In this document: piece by piece, positions 17,732 to 27,759 of the stretch
How positions within the stretch are numbered: the first letter of the stretch is position 1
How the letters are laid out: each line of letters begins with the position of its first letter
The notes under the pieces: generated by a model
The model's input: only the letters and a program-made list of their open reading frames with translations
The model's database searches: none
Told to the model about the DNA's origin: nothing
NCBI GenBank assembly: GCA_034439715.1
Contig: JAWXAY010000029.1
Location: forward strand, 96,001 to 160,000
Reading direction: 5' to 3'
Source: Pseudomonadota bacterium
GTDB lineage: Bacteria > Bdellovibrionota > Bdellovibrionia > Bdellovibrionales > SG-bin7
DNA length: 64,000 nucleotides
Program-made: the position numbers and the translations under genes

Positions 17732-19850
17732 TCAGGGTGCAGGGATTACATCGACCACAACATTACTGACATTCGAGTCTAGTCTTCCATCATTAGCTTT
17801 ATAGGTAAAAAAGTCCTGACCAATATAATCAGTGTTGGGCGTGTATCGAAATATATTTCCTGAGATTAAAGTGGCTGTGCCGTTTAATGGAGGCGAAACA
17901 ATAGAGTAGGTTAAAACGTCTCCATTGGGATCACTGGCATTACCCGCAACCTGTATCGTCACGTTTTGATCTGTCGCTGCACTTACATTGAGCGAGACTG
18001 GTGTATTAACAGAGGTGACAGTAATCCGCGCCATGCTAAACGTAGAATCGATTTTACCATCGTTTGCCACATACTGAAAACTATCGATGCCATCAAAATC
18101 AACTTTATTAATATAGTATAAATATTTAAAGCTTAGAGCGATATTATAGGGGGGGGCTGGAGGTATCAAAAACAAGTACGCCTCCGTCATTGTAGGTCGT
18201 CACATAACCATTTGCAGGAATATTGATCAGCCGATAAGTCAGAGAATCTCCATCGACATCACTAGCCACCAACGGCACACCGCTGTTAGTATTTTTATCT
18301 ACTACAAGGTCAATGTTTTGTGAAACGGGAGCATCATTAACAGCATTCACTGTTATCGCCACCGTTTTAACAACTGAGTCAACTTTGCCGTCACTGACTG
18401 CATACTGAACACTATCAGGACCATAAAAATTAGCCTTGGGAGTATAAACAAAAGTGCCCGCCACCATATCGCTGCTTCCCACCGTACCATTTACAGGCTG
18501 ACCAGTTAGACGGTAAGCAAGAGAGTCGCCATCAACGTCTGTCGCCAACATCTTGATGGTAACGCTCGAGTCTTCATTTGTTGTTGCACTAATGTTCTGT
18601 GCAACAGGCACGTCATTTACTGCCGTTACTATTATTGAGATTGTCTTAATGGCAGAGTCAACGGTTCCATCGCTGGCCACAAATTGAATACTATCAGAAC
18701 CATTAAAATTAGCATTTGGAAAATAGGTAAAGGTACCTTTGATCAAGTCGCGGTTTCCAGCTGTGCCATTTACCGGTTGCTTAGTCAGCCGATAATTAAG
18801 GGGGTCGCCGTCAGCGTCTGTCGCCAACATCTTAATGTCCACGCTCCCGTCCTCATTTGTAGTTGTACTAATATTTTGTGCGACAGGCGCATCATTTACA
18901 TTATTGAGATTTACCGTAGTCGTTGCCGTGTTTGAAAAATCCCCTCTGTCTCTGGCTCTAAAGGTAAAACTATCAGTACCGATGGCTCCGGCATTAGGTA
19001 CAAAGGTATACGTCCCGGTATTTACATTGAGATTATTTATGGTACCTTTTAACGGCATTACCACAATTGAATACTCCAGGGCATCAGCGTCAACATCAAC
19101 AACACTTAACTGCCCATTAATCCGCACATCTTGATCTGTATTTAGGTTGCCACTCGCAGCGACCGGCAGGTCGTTGATCGGAGCAATTGTCAATGAAATG
19201 AACGCATCGTTTGAAGTCAGCTGACCGTCGCTAACCTTAAACGAAAATGAATCCGTTCCGTTGACATCTTTTCGAGGACTGTAAACATAATCACCACTAC
19301 TAGGATTGATGGTTACTGTTCCTTTATCAGGACTCTTGGCAACACTAAAAATAAGTGCCGCACTGTCGATGTCTGAACCCACCAGTTTACCCGATTTGGG
19401 TGCATCCTCAGAAGTCGCCAATGCTGCAGGAAATGCCGTAGGCAAATCATTGACAGGCAAAATTTCAACTTCAATTTTGTGGGGCTCTGAAGTAAATTTT
19501 CTATCTACAGTCGCCACGATTTCAAATGAGTCCAAACCACTAATGTTTGCAACAGGCACATACTCGAATTGAGCCGTCATTTCGTTAAACGAATTGATTT
19601 TTCCCAGTGCAGGTTGCCTAGTAATGGCATAGGTAATGCGATTTTCAGGGTCGGCATATATGCGCGCCTGTCCTAAAAATCGGATGTCCTCCATTGTTGT
19701 TGATTTCCTTTGAAATGAGGAATTTCCGTTTGAAGAAAAATAATCATTTTGTTCTGATTTTATTTCTAAAAAAGTTTCTTTGTTACAACTTAGAAGAGTT
19801 AGTGCTGCCGCAGAAAGCATGAGAACTTTAGATAATTTATTAATCTCCAT
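17732..19850 (-). pseudogene. Cadherin-like (tandem-95/Ig-like repeat) surface lipoprotein, frameshifted at a C8 tract (ORFs 18144..19850 and 17732..18190)
   Basis: Lipobox LLSC; repeated NDAPVA...T.ED...A.D.DGD.L.Y...P.NG...DSF...SDG units, with a 279-bp DNA repeat period; the same repeat pattern resumes in another frame after the homopolymer at 18149-18156. Confidence 0.8.
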
Positions 19851-19874
19851 TTTTGCCATCCCCCCAAATAATAT

Positions 19875-19891
19875 TGCAATAGAGGGGCCAG
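19875..19891 (-). promoter_or_regulatory. Sigma54 promoter upstream of the cadherin-like lipoprotein
   Basis: CTGGCCCC-TCTA-TTGCA with exact GG-N10-GC spacing. Confidence 0.6.
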
Positions 19892-19980
19892 ATTGAGCTC
19901 CTGTTTTCAATATGTTGGGAGAGTTAATTTTAAGAATTTTGACTACTTGAATATTGTCCAGACGTTTTATGAAACATTTT

Positions 19981-19995
19981 ATCTCAATTTGAGAT
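19981..19995. promoter_or_regulatory. Perfect palindrome ATCTCA-ATT-TGAGAT, putative regulator site
   Basis: Read directly; related copies at 2930, 25230, 62204. Confidence 0.45.
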
Positions 19996-20047
19996 GTTAC
20001 TTAGTACCTGGCTTAGCTTCAAAGCGGTAAGTCAAAATGGGAAGAAA

Positions 20048-22888
20048 CTAAAACGAAAAATGTTTTCGGCCGAACAATCTCAGGTTCGCCGAAAATACAT
20101 TTTCGCCGCTAATTACTCCTAAGAAACCGGGATTCGATGACGTGGGGCCCGGTTCTAAATCAACAGATAATTTGGTGTTGGCAAGAGTTCCATCGGTTTC
20201 CCAAATTTCTGTTCCAGTAGCAGCGTCAGCATACGGGAAATAAGCCTTTCCGTTACCAACGGCGTAAGCGGGATACCCATTAAAAGTCGGTGTCACGACC
20301 TCCTCGCTCATAGGCACAAGCCCAGTGCGAATTTGTGTAACGGCTACTCCGTCGAAGGAATAAAGACTGTACCGAATGGCCGCGTTATCAGGTTTCACAT
20401 AAAAGAAAAGGTTTTGACCAGAAGCTCGGAGGTTATTGATAGCCCCAATACCAGCGTACACCATACTGGTGCCGACAGCGGTTCCATCTGTCGACCAAAG
20501 CTGTGAGGTGGTGGTCGAAGAAACTACGACAAAGAAAACCTTGTTGCCAAGAATAGCGGAATTGAAAACCTCCGTGAATGCAGGGCCGCCAAAATCGGCA
20601 AACTGGCTACTATAGAAATACATGTTTTGAGCTAAGTCAGTTTCTTTAAGGCGTGTTGCCACCCTTGTGGTGATATCCAAAGACCAAATTTGGTAGCTGG
20701 CACCATTAAAAGTACTAAAAATAAGTTGGTTTCCAAGCTTAAAAGGGCCGCTGGTAAAATTTGCGTTGCTGGGATTTATCGAGTTCACATTAAAAAGATT
20801 CGTCGTGCCCGCCGTTGTTCCGTTGGTCTGGCCAATATTAACTTGACCGCCAGCCGAGGAAATAAAATAAGCGATATTGGCCTCTGGCAGCTGAGCTAAT
20901 TGCAAATTTGCGTCGGCAAGTTTTTCGCGATTTACTCCCTCCACACTCCATGTGGCGAAAGTAAGATTAGGATAAGCTGCGCCAATGATCAGGCGCTGAG
21001 CAACACTACCGGAGAAAAATATATTTAACGGATTCATAAGGTCAATATTAACCAAAGCTGTGTTGGCATTGGTGCCGTCAGTTCTCCAAAGTTCTTTTAG
21101 ATTTTTGATGTAATACAGAAAACCGCCACTGATTCTAAAACTACGGTGATAATCACCATCCGAGCCCGGAGTTAAAGAAAGCAAATCAAGCCGAACACTT
21201 TGACCCGTTAGTGAGTCCACAGAAATAAGTTGCGTGCCATTTGTGGGGTTATTCCGAGATACTTCAACAAAGAATTTTTTAGTGGCGGTCTTACCTAAGT
21301 ATTTTTCAGCTAGGTTTTTAGTATCTGTCTGTGTTGCGAATGAATTTAACGGAAAAATTTTGGACCCATCAAATTGCCAGGGAGAATAGCGCGTGGTCCC
21401 ATTAGTCTTTGCTAAGAAGAAAACTCCCGCAGATGTGGATTCAATACTATGTGCAGGACTCTTTAGATCCTGGTGCGTGATTGTCCCAACAACTGTACCG
21501 TCGGTGGACTTAAACAGCGAGTTTTTCAAAGCATCGCCTCGTTTAAAATAAAAGACTCGTCCGTTAAATGCTGTAATTTCAGGTTCAACATCGGTATCTA
21601 AAACCTGAAGTGTATCGCCAATGGGATCGTAAACTGCCAGGTTGGGATTTAGATCCAGTTGAGAACCATTAACAATCAAATAAAGTTTGTTATTTGACAC
21701 CAGCCACGAGCGCTGTTTTCCAAACAAGAATTCTAAATAGCGTGAACCTATATTTGCATCGGTCCTCGTGCCAGCTACTGTCCCGTTAGTAACTCCGCCC
21801 TGAAAAACAACTTTGTTGCCGACAGCAGAAATCACCTGACTTCTACCAACTGTCCCCAGCCCAGTTGCATTCCCGGCGGCGTCCACTTTCAAAAGTTGGC
21901 CACCATAAATAAAGTAAACATCCGTTCCCAGTTTTACGACGGGATAGTTATCAATGTAGCAATTATCGCGGTTATTAGTGGTATAGACGGCGACTGTTCC
22001 CGCAGCGGTTCCATCACTACGCCAAAGCCTGCAGGCCTGGACATCTGGGGAGAAAAAATAAACCTCCGTATTACTCACATAACTAAAATATAGTGGACCG
22101 CCACTGGGGAAAAGGCGCACAACATTGAAGGCTTCGCCCTCGTAGCTGTAGAGGTGATATCCAGTGTTTGACGCCATACTAAATATTGTTCTGCCGTTTA
22201 AGACTACCGGTAGTCGGGGGGCGACCGTGCTAGAGAGCAGAGTCGAGACATTGTTTTCAAATTTATAAGTCTGGTAGCTGAGTGTGCCGATATTGTTATT
22301 GATGCGGGCTTTACCGTAAAAAACAATATTACTTACCTGGTGAGAATAAATATATTCGCTGATGTTGGGCGGAACATTGTTGGCTTGGGTCAGGAGTACG
22401 GGTGTTGGACTCTGATTCGAGACATAATACAGATTAGTGGCGTTCGCGCTGCTGAAGACGACACCCGTTGAGGATGGAGTTACGTTGGTAATGTCGCTAG
22501 AGGCCGCACCCACAGTCGTATCAGCCAAAAGTTTATTTGCTTTTGTAGTAGTATCAAATTTCCACAGCTCAAGACCGCTAACTCCGTCGCTGGCGGTGAA
22601 GAAAATATTTTTTCCGTCGCTAGCAATTTTTTGTGTGGGTTGTCCGTACTCTAAAAGTGGGGAGTACTTTCCTTTAAAGCTTTCTAGCGTTGAGCCAGGA
22701 GCGGGGCCCGGCATTGGTCCCGGGCCGGGATTGTTGTCAGTGCCAGAATTGTTGTCTGGGTCGGCGTCGTTTGAAGCTGTTGATAAGTCCTTTATGGATT
22801 GGAAGCTGTCGCCGCAGTTTTGAAATGTAGTTGTTGTAATGAGAACAAAAACAATAAGGCCCTTTGAAACAACTATCTTATTTTTCAA
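20048..22888 (-). CDS. ELWxxDGT-repeat beta-propeller lipoprotein
   Basis: Repeats LWRSDGTAAGT, ELWRTDGT, QLWSTDGTAVGT, EIWETDGT; FQNC lipobox; PG-rich linker. Confidence 0.85.
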   Translation of the reverse strand: MKNKIVVSKGLIVFVLITTTTFQNCGDSFQSIKDLSTASNDADPDNNSGTDNNPGPGPMPGPAPGSTLESFKGKYSPLLEYGQPTQKIASDGKNIFFTASDGVSGLELWKFDTTTKANKLLADTTVGAASSDITNVTPSSTGVVFSSANATNLYYVSNQSPTPVLLTQANNVPPNISEYIYSHQVSNIVFYGKARINNNIGTLSYQTYKFENNVSTLLSSTVAPRLPVVLNGRTIFSMASNTGYHLYSYEGEAFNVVRLFPSGGPLYFSYVSNTEVYFFSPDVQACRLWRSDGTAAGTVAVYTTNNRDNCYIDNYPVVKLGTDVYFIYGGQLLKVDAAGNATGLGTVGRSQVISAVGNKVVFQGGVTNGTVAGTRTDANIGSRYLEFLFGKQRSWLVSNNKLYLIVNGSQLDLNPNLAVYDPIGDTLQVLDTDVEPEITAFNGRVFYFKRGDALKNSLFKSTDGTVVGTITHQDLKSPAHSIESTSAGVFFLAKTNGTTRYSPWQFDGSKIFPLNSFATQTDTKNLAEKYLGKTATKKFFVEVSRNNPTNGTQLISVDSLTGQSVRLDLLSLTPGSDGDYHRSFRISGGFLYYIKNLKELWRTDGTNANTALVNIDLMNPLNIFFSGSVAQRLIIGAAYPNLTFATWSVEGVNREKLADANLQLAQLPEANIAYFISSAGGQVNIGQTNGTTAGTTNLFNVNSINPSNANFTSGPFKLGNQLIFSTFNGASYQIWSLDITTRVATRLKETDLAQNMYFYSSQFADFGGPAFTEVFNSAILGNKVFFVVVSSTTTSQLWSTDGTAVGTSMVYAGIGAINNLRASGQNLFFYVKPDNAAIRYSLYSFDGVAVTQIRTGLVPMSEEVVTPTFNGYPAYAVGNGKAYFPYADAATGTEIWETDGTLANTKLSVDLEPGPTSSNPGFLGVISGENVFSANLRLFGRKHFSF

Positions 22889-22909
22889 ATTCCCTCCGAA
22901 GAACCTTAC

Positions 22910-25111
22910 TTATAATTCATTAATCCAATCGCGGAATATTTTTTCCACTGCAGGATCAAGAATTTGATTCAGTAGCGGTGGTGGCATCGGCAATGCTACA
23001 TTTGTTGCCCGGATATAAATTCGACTCGCCAAGGGATTTTTAGCCACTACTCTAGGTGGTGCGGCAATTAATGTTACATATGCGTTTTCTGTCTCGAGAC
23101 TTACCGCTGTGCTCGAGTGCCACAGATTTAGCCCCACAACGGCCGCTGGCCCGGTCGGGCTATGGCATGTGCCACAATTAGTTTGCATATAACCCAGCGC
23201 CGCTTTGGCATTAGGTGAACCTTGAATTTCTACTGGGTTTAGAATCGGTCTCGTTAAGAGTCCCCTTGCTCCCAAGTTTGCCAATGAGAAAGTGCCCACC
23301 TGGCCCGAGAGTTGGAGCGCATTGAATCCCAGCACGTAATCTTTAGCAGCATTATGACAAATAATGCAAATGCCGACATGAGCTACGCTTTTATTTTGGG
23401 TAAGTTGGTTTCTTAAAATCGTCCGGTCAGCGGGATCGCGTTTAACTAATCGCCCTGGACTGTTAGGACTGGGCGCAAAAACTGTAGATATCCAGTTTGT
23501 GCTACCTACGCCGTCGCGAATTTTTTCAAAGACGCGTGTCTCGTAGTTCGCATTGTTAAATATAAACTCTTTCCACAATCTGGTTTCGCGAGGAAAAGTC
23601 CAATTATCTGTGTCAGTGGTGTCAATCTTTTTACCAGGAGGAAGATAAATAATTCTTTGTTTTTCGGCACCATCACTATAAAGAGGATATTTAGGCGTGT
23701 AGGCCAAGGCATTGTCAAAGTAACCTCGGTAGCCAGATTTAAGAACTTCTAGGCATTTAAGGTCTTCTTGATTAGGTATCGTAGGTTCGCAAAAAATTGG
23801 ACCTCTTGAGTCTACCTTTTGATTACCGCCAAACACAAGAGTAAACCCACGACTAGGCTCTCCCAAATCAACAATCACACGATCGCCTAAAATATCAAAG
23901 AAGCTTAGGCCCTCGCTATTGCCAGAGCTGGTATTAACAATCAATTTTGCACTCGGGATTGGCCGTCTCAGATCTATGGCATATAATTTTCCACCAATAT
24001 TATTAAAATAGGCCACGCCATCAATTGTTTCTGTGAGTAATCCTCCGTTATTCGGCAATAGCATCTGAGGCGCTTTAAGACTATACTGGTTACTCCTATC
24101 AACCTGGTGAAGGACGAGCCCACTTTGGGAACCAATTGTCCCGAGGCCAGCAAAATAGTCTCCGTAAATGGTATCACAGCCAAATCCATCTATTGTCCCT
24201 AACGGAAGATATTGCCCCTGAGTAAATCTAAAAATTTGCGTTTTCGACCCCAGTGTCGGACTCTGAATATGAACAACTAAATAATCAGAACTAATATGGG
24301 TGAAGTAGCTATAAATTCTATTGAAACCTTGCGGCGCGGGGAGGGTTTGAATCAAATTTGGGTTTGACGGAGCACTTAGGTCGTACACTCCTAATGTCAT
24401 TTCGTCGGGTGAAAAATGCAGTAATTTGTTTTCTTCGATTCTAAAACCCCCTGCGGGCAAAGAAAATGAAACTGAGGTAGGATTAGTTAAACTAAAAATT
24501 TTAATATTCTTTTTAATTGATAGGTCCGAAGAGGAAATAAATAAGTAATCACTGTGTATGTCCGCATTATCTAGTTTTGTTCCTAAATCTGGCGCAATAA
24601 TGAATGGCGAGCGCACCGTCCCGTTTACCAAGTTAATGGCATAAACCGTTTTTATTGGTTCATTCAAAAGATAAAGATTCTGTTTGTAATACTTCAAAAC
24701 CACTTTACTAAAAATTCCATTATTAGTGTTTGGCACGGTAACATTAATCTCTTTGACCGGTATGTGCGGCGTCAAATTGCCAACGCTCATGTCAAAATGC
24801 AAAATACGAAAAGCTTCTGGCCCCGAATCACTTATTGTCATCCATAGATTACCTTCTTTGTAACCGGACGGGACGGCACCGGAAAGCGTACTTGAACCAG
24901 GTAGTCTTAGCGGGGTTGCTGCCACAAAGCCTCCTACAAATCCCGCTTCTTTAACTTCGGGACCGAGTGCGGATAAACTTTGAGAATTCATGTTTTTCGT
25001 AGCGAGAAATCCTTCGCCACAATTTTGATACGAAAGCGCAAATGCGACAATCACTACTACAAGCGCAGAAAAATAAAATTTTCCCAAATGGCTTTTTTTA
25101 ATGACTGGCAT
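22910..25111 (-). CDS. Lipoprotein with beta-rich N-terminal region and C-terminal diheme c-type cytochrome domain (SO2930-like)
   Basis: YQNC lipobox; PLYSDGAEKQR.I.LP, WTFP..T..WKEF, and CxxCH motifs CIICH and CGTCH. Confidence 0.75.
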   Translation of the reverse strand: MPVIKKSHLGKFYFSALVVVIVAFALSYQNCGEGFLATKNMNSQSLSALGPEVKEAGFVGGFVAATPLRLPGSSTLSGAVPSGYKEGNLWMTISDSGPEAFRILHFDMSVGNLTPHIPVKEINVTVPNTNNGIFSKVVLKYYKQNLYLLNEPIKTVYAINLVNGTVRSPFIIAPDLGTKLDNADIHSDYLFISSSDLSIKKNIKIFSLTNPTSVSFSLPAGGFRIEENKLLHFSPDEMTLGVYDLSAPSNPNLIQTLPAPQGFNRIYSYFTHISSDYLVVHIQSPTLGSKTQIFRFTQGQYLPLGTIDGFGCDTIYGDYFAGLGTIGSQSGLVLHQVDRSNQYSLKAPQMLLPNNGGLLTETIDGVAYFNNIGGKLYAIDLRRPIPSAKLIVNTSSGNSEGLSFFDILGDRVIVDLGEPSRGFTLVFGGNQKVDSRGPIFCEPTIPNQEDLKCLEVLKSGYRGYFDNALAYTPKYPLYSDGAEKQRIIYLPPGKKIDTTDTDNWTFPRETRLWKEFIFNNANYETRVFEKIRDGVGSTNWISTVFAPSPNSPGRLVKRDPADRTILRNQLTQNKSVAHVGICIICHNAAKDYVLGFNALQLSGQVGTFSLANLGARGLLTRPILNPVEIQGSPNAKAALGYMQTNCGTCHSPTGPAAVVGLNLWHSSTAVSLETENAYVTLIAAPPRVVAKNPLASRIYIRATNVALPMPPPLLNQILDPAVEKIFRDWINEL

Positions 25112-25265
25112 ATGACGTTCCCCCGACTTTAATCTTGTCGGGCAAACGAAATGTATACTTTAGGGATTTTTTTCAGTACTTTGCGGTGGCTAACCTTACT
25201 ATATCTGGGCGACCAGCAACAAATTTGCCGTATCAATTCGAGACAAAAACCGCGATAATATAAGT

Positions 25266-25706
25266 ATGAAAATTCTCAATTGTTTTGGTTTATTCCTTGC
25301 TGTATTTGTTTTTTCAGGTGCCTCGTTGGCTTTTAAAACCAACGATTCCGAGTGTTTAGGTTCATTGTTTCCTCGGAGACTACATGCCGTGGAGTCCTAC
25401 AAGTGGGCGACCAAAGACGACAAAACGCTCGTCGGCTTAAGTGTCGAGGGCCATACATCAATCGTGAATGAAAATGGCACCTATCTAATCAAGGATGGCA
25501 TTTGCGGAATGTCTAACCCAGATAGAACATTTTCTGCATTAATAGTTCAGGCAGCAACCGGAGCTAAGGGGCTTTATAGTTTAGAACCAGATATCTGGAA
25601 CAAAGTTGTTACTGCCTGTAAAGATGCTGAAAGCAAAACAATTCGCGATGTGGTAGCACCTAAAGTGAGACTCGGCGAAGACGCCAAAAGTCTCAAATCA
25701 AATTAA
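25266..25706 (+). CDS. Secreted hypothetical protein
   Basis: 146-aa ORF with a signal peptide ending ASLA. Confidence 0.7.
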   Translation: MKILNCFGLFLAVFVFSGASLAFKTNDSECLGSLFPRRLHAVESYKWATKDDKTLVGLSVEGHTSIVNENGTYLIKDGICGMSNPDRTFSALIVQAATGAKGLYSLEPDIWNKVVTACKDAESKTIRDVVAPKVRLGEDAKSLKSN

Positions 25707-25715
25707 AGCAATTAA

Positions 25716-26639
25716 TTAAAACATACATAAAAATTCAAACATGGTATCAGCTGCTGCGAGTGCCGTAATTTCTGTAGGATCATAGGCCGGGCAAACTTCG
25801 ACGATGTCAGCGCCTACAAGATTTTTAATATTTAAACCTCGCAGAATTTTTTGCGTTTCATACGTCGTAAGTCCACCGCACACAGGCGTACCCGTGCCAG
25901 GTGCATAGGCGGGATCCAGACAATCTATATCAAAACTGATGTAGGTTGGCACATCATCTAAATGCGATACTTTTTTTAATCTTCCGGGAATGCCTTCTTC
26001 GCGAATAGTATCTACGGTATGCACATTGATTTTATGTTTTCGCACGAAAGCCAAGTCGTCTGCTGAAGCCAGTGGCCCGCGTATGCCAAACTGATGTGAT
26101 TCTTCGGGATCAATAAGTTTTTCTTCGACCGCATGTCGCACAAAAGTACCATGGTGATATTCACAGTCCCACGCGGCCGGATAAGTGTCGAAGTGCGCAT
26201 CAAAATGGATTAGTCTAATGGGAGTTTTATATTTCTTTTTTAGTTCCCGCAAAATCGGCAGTGTTACCGAATGATCGCCGCCGACTGCAATAAATTTTTT
26301 ATCATTTTTTAAAACTTTGGCAGTAAATTCTTGAATGCGCTTGTAACATTTTTCTTGATCAATCGGCACTGTGGGGCAGTCGCCAATATCAGCCACTTTT
26401 AATTTATCGATAAAACTTATTTCGCGACTCATGTGATAACCGCGACCAAGGGACGAAAGATCTCTTACTTTTTGTGGAGCAAAGCGCGCTCCCGGCCGGT
26501 ACGAAACCGCGCCGTCATAAGGAATACCAAAAATTCCAACGTCATAGTCAGCATCTAGCGCCACATAGGGCATGCGAAAAAAAGTTTTAATTCCTGAAAA
26601 TCTCGGAAACTCGCGACCACTTATCGGTTTATATTCCAA
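25716..26639 (-). CDS. speB: Agmatinase (ureohydrolase family)
   Basis: RPGARFAP, GGDHS, HFDAHFD, SFDIDCLDPAYAPGTGTP. Confidence 0.9.
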   Translation of the reverse strand: MEYKPISGREFPRFSGIKTFFRMPYVALDADYDVGIFGIPYDGAVSYRPGARFAPQKVRDLSSLGRGYHMSREISFIDKLKVADIGDCPTVPIDQEKCYKRIQEFTAKVLKNDKKFIAVGGDHSVTLPILRELKKKYKTPIRLIHFDAHFDTYPAAWDCEYHHGTFVRHAVEEKLIDPEESHQFGIRGPLASADDLAFVRKHKINVHTVDTIREEGIPGRLKKVSHLDDVPTYISFDIDCLDPAYAPGTGTPVCGGLTTYETQKILRGLNIKNLVGADIVEVCPAYDPTEITALAAADTMFEFLCMF

Positions 26640-26763
26640 GCTGTACTCCCTAGGCAGTGTTTAGTTTTCACTGTATTTTTCCTTGGCTTGCCTCAATAGT
26701 AAACAAAATTCTCAAAATAAAGCTGTTTGCTTATATTGATGTATTTTTGGTAAACAATTACTC

Positions 26764-27759
26764 ATGAGTAGTACAGAAGTAAGTGTCGATATTCTCCGCC
26801 CGCTACTCCTCAATTGGTACAAAGTTCATGGGCGTAAACTACCATGGCGGCAAAACCAAGACCCCTACTTGATTTGGCTGTCCGAAGTAATGCTGCAACA
26901 AACAACAGTAACTGCTGTCATCCCGTATTTTGACAGGTTTAGCGCTAAGTTTCCCACGTTGAACGATTTGGCCTTAGCCCCTTTGACTAAAGTTTTGGAA
27001 CTCTGGGCCGGGCTTGGATATTACAGTCGGGCGAAAAACCTTCATAAGGCCTCGCACAGAATTTCTAAAATGAAGGCCTTTCCGCAAACTTATTCCCAGC
27101 TCTTAAAGCTCCCGGGCTTTGGCCCCTACACAGCGCGAGCCGTTAGTAGCATTGCCTTTGGTGAAGCCGTGGGAGTTGTCGATGGAAATGTCATTCGCAT
27201 TTTAAGTCGCGTTTTTGGAAAAAGAATAAAACATTGGATTACCGACGGAAAAATTCTCCTACAAAAACTTTCTGATGAGTTTTCGTTCAAAGGCAATAGT
27301 GCTAACATCAATCAAGCCCTTATGGATTTGGGAGCACAAATTTGTACCAGAACCTCCCCCCGCTGTCGCGCCTGCCCATGGGTCGCCAAATGTTTGGCCT
27401 TTAAAAATGATTTAATCAATATTTTGCCACTTAAAAAACCGAAACGCGAGATTGAAATTTGGCAGTGGCGAGCTCAAGTGGTTATGCGTAACAAAAAAAT
27501 CGCTCTCATTAAAAACAGCTATGCGCCGTTTTTAAAAAATGAGTGGATTTTACCCGGCACCGTCAAAAAGTGTAAAAAACGTCCAAAAGCATTTGCATTC
27601 AAGCATGCCATTACCCATCATGCTATTTACGGTAACAGCCAAAAAAACTCAGGCTTAGGCCAAAGGCAAGGAGTGCGATGGGTCACAAGAAAAGAGTTGT
27701 CGCAGATAGCGCCTTTTTCTATCCTACAAAAGGCCTTAAACCATTTGGAACTGAAATGA
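26764..27759 (+). CDS. mutY: A/G-specific adenine glycosylase
   Basis: WLSEVMLQQT, WAGLGYYSRA, LPGFGPYTA, VDGNV, 4Fe-4S Cys motif. Confidence 0.93.
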   Translation: MSSTEVSVDILRPLLLNWYKVHGRKLPWRQNQDPYLIWLSEVMLQQTTVTAVIPYFDRFSAKFPTLNDLALAPLTKVLELWAGLGYYSRAKNLHKASHRISKMKAFPQTYSQLLKLPGFGPYTARAVSSIAFGEAVGVVDGNVIRILSRVFGKRIKHWITDGKILLQKLSDEFSFKGNSANINQALMDLGAQICTRTSPRCRACPWVAKCLAFKNDLINILPLKKPKREIEIWQWRAQVVMRNKKIALIKNSYAPFLKNEWILPGTVKKCKKRPKAFAFKHAITHHAIYGNSQKNSGLGQRQGVRWVTRKELSQIAPFSILQKALNHLELK

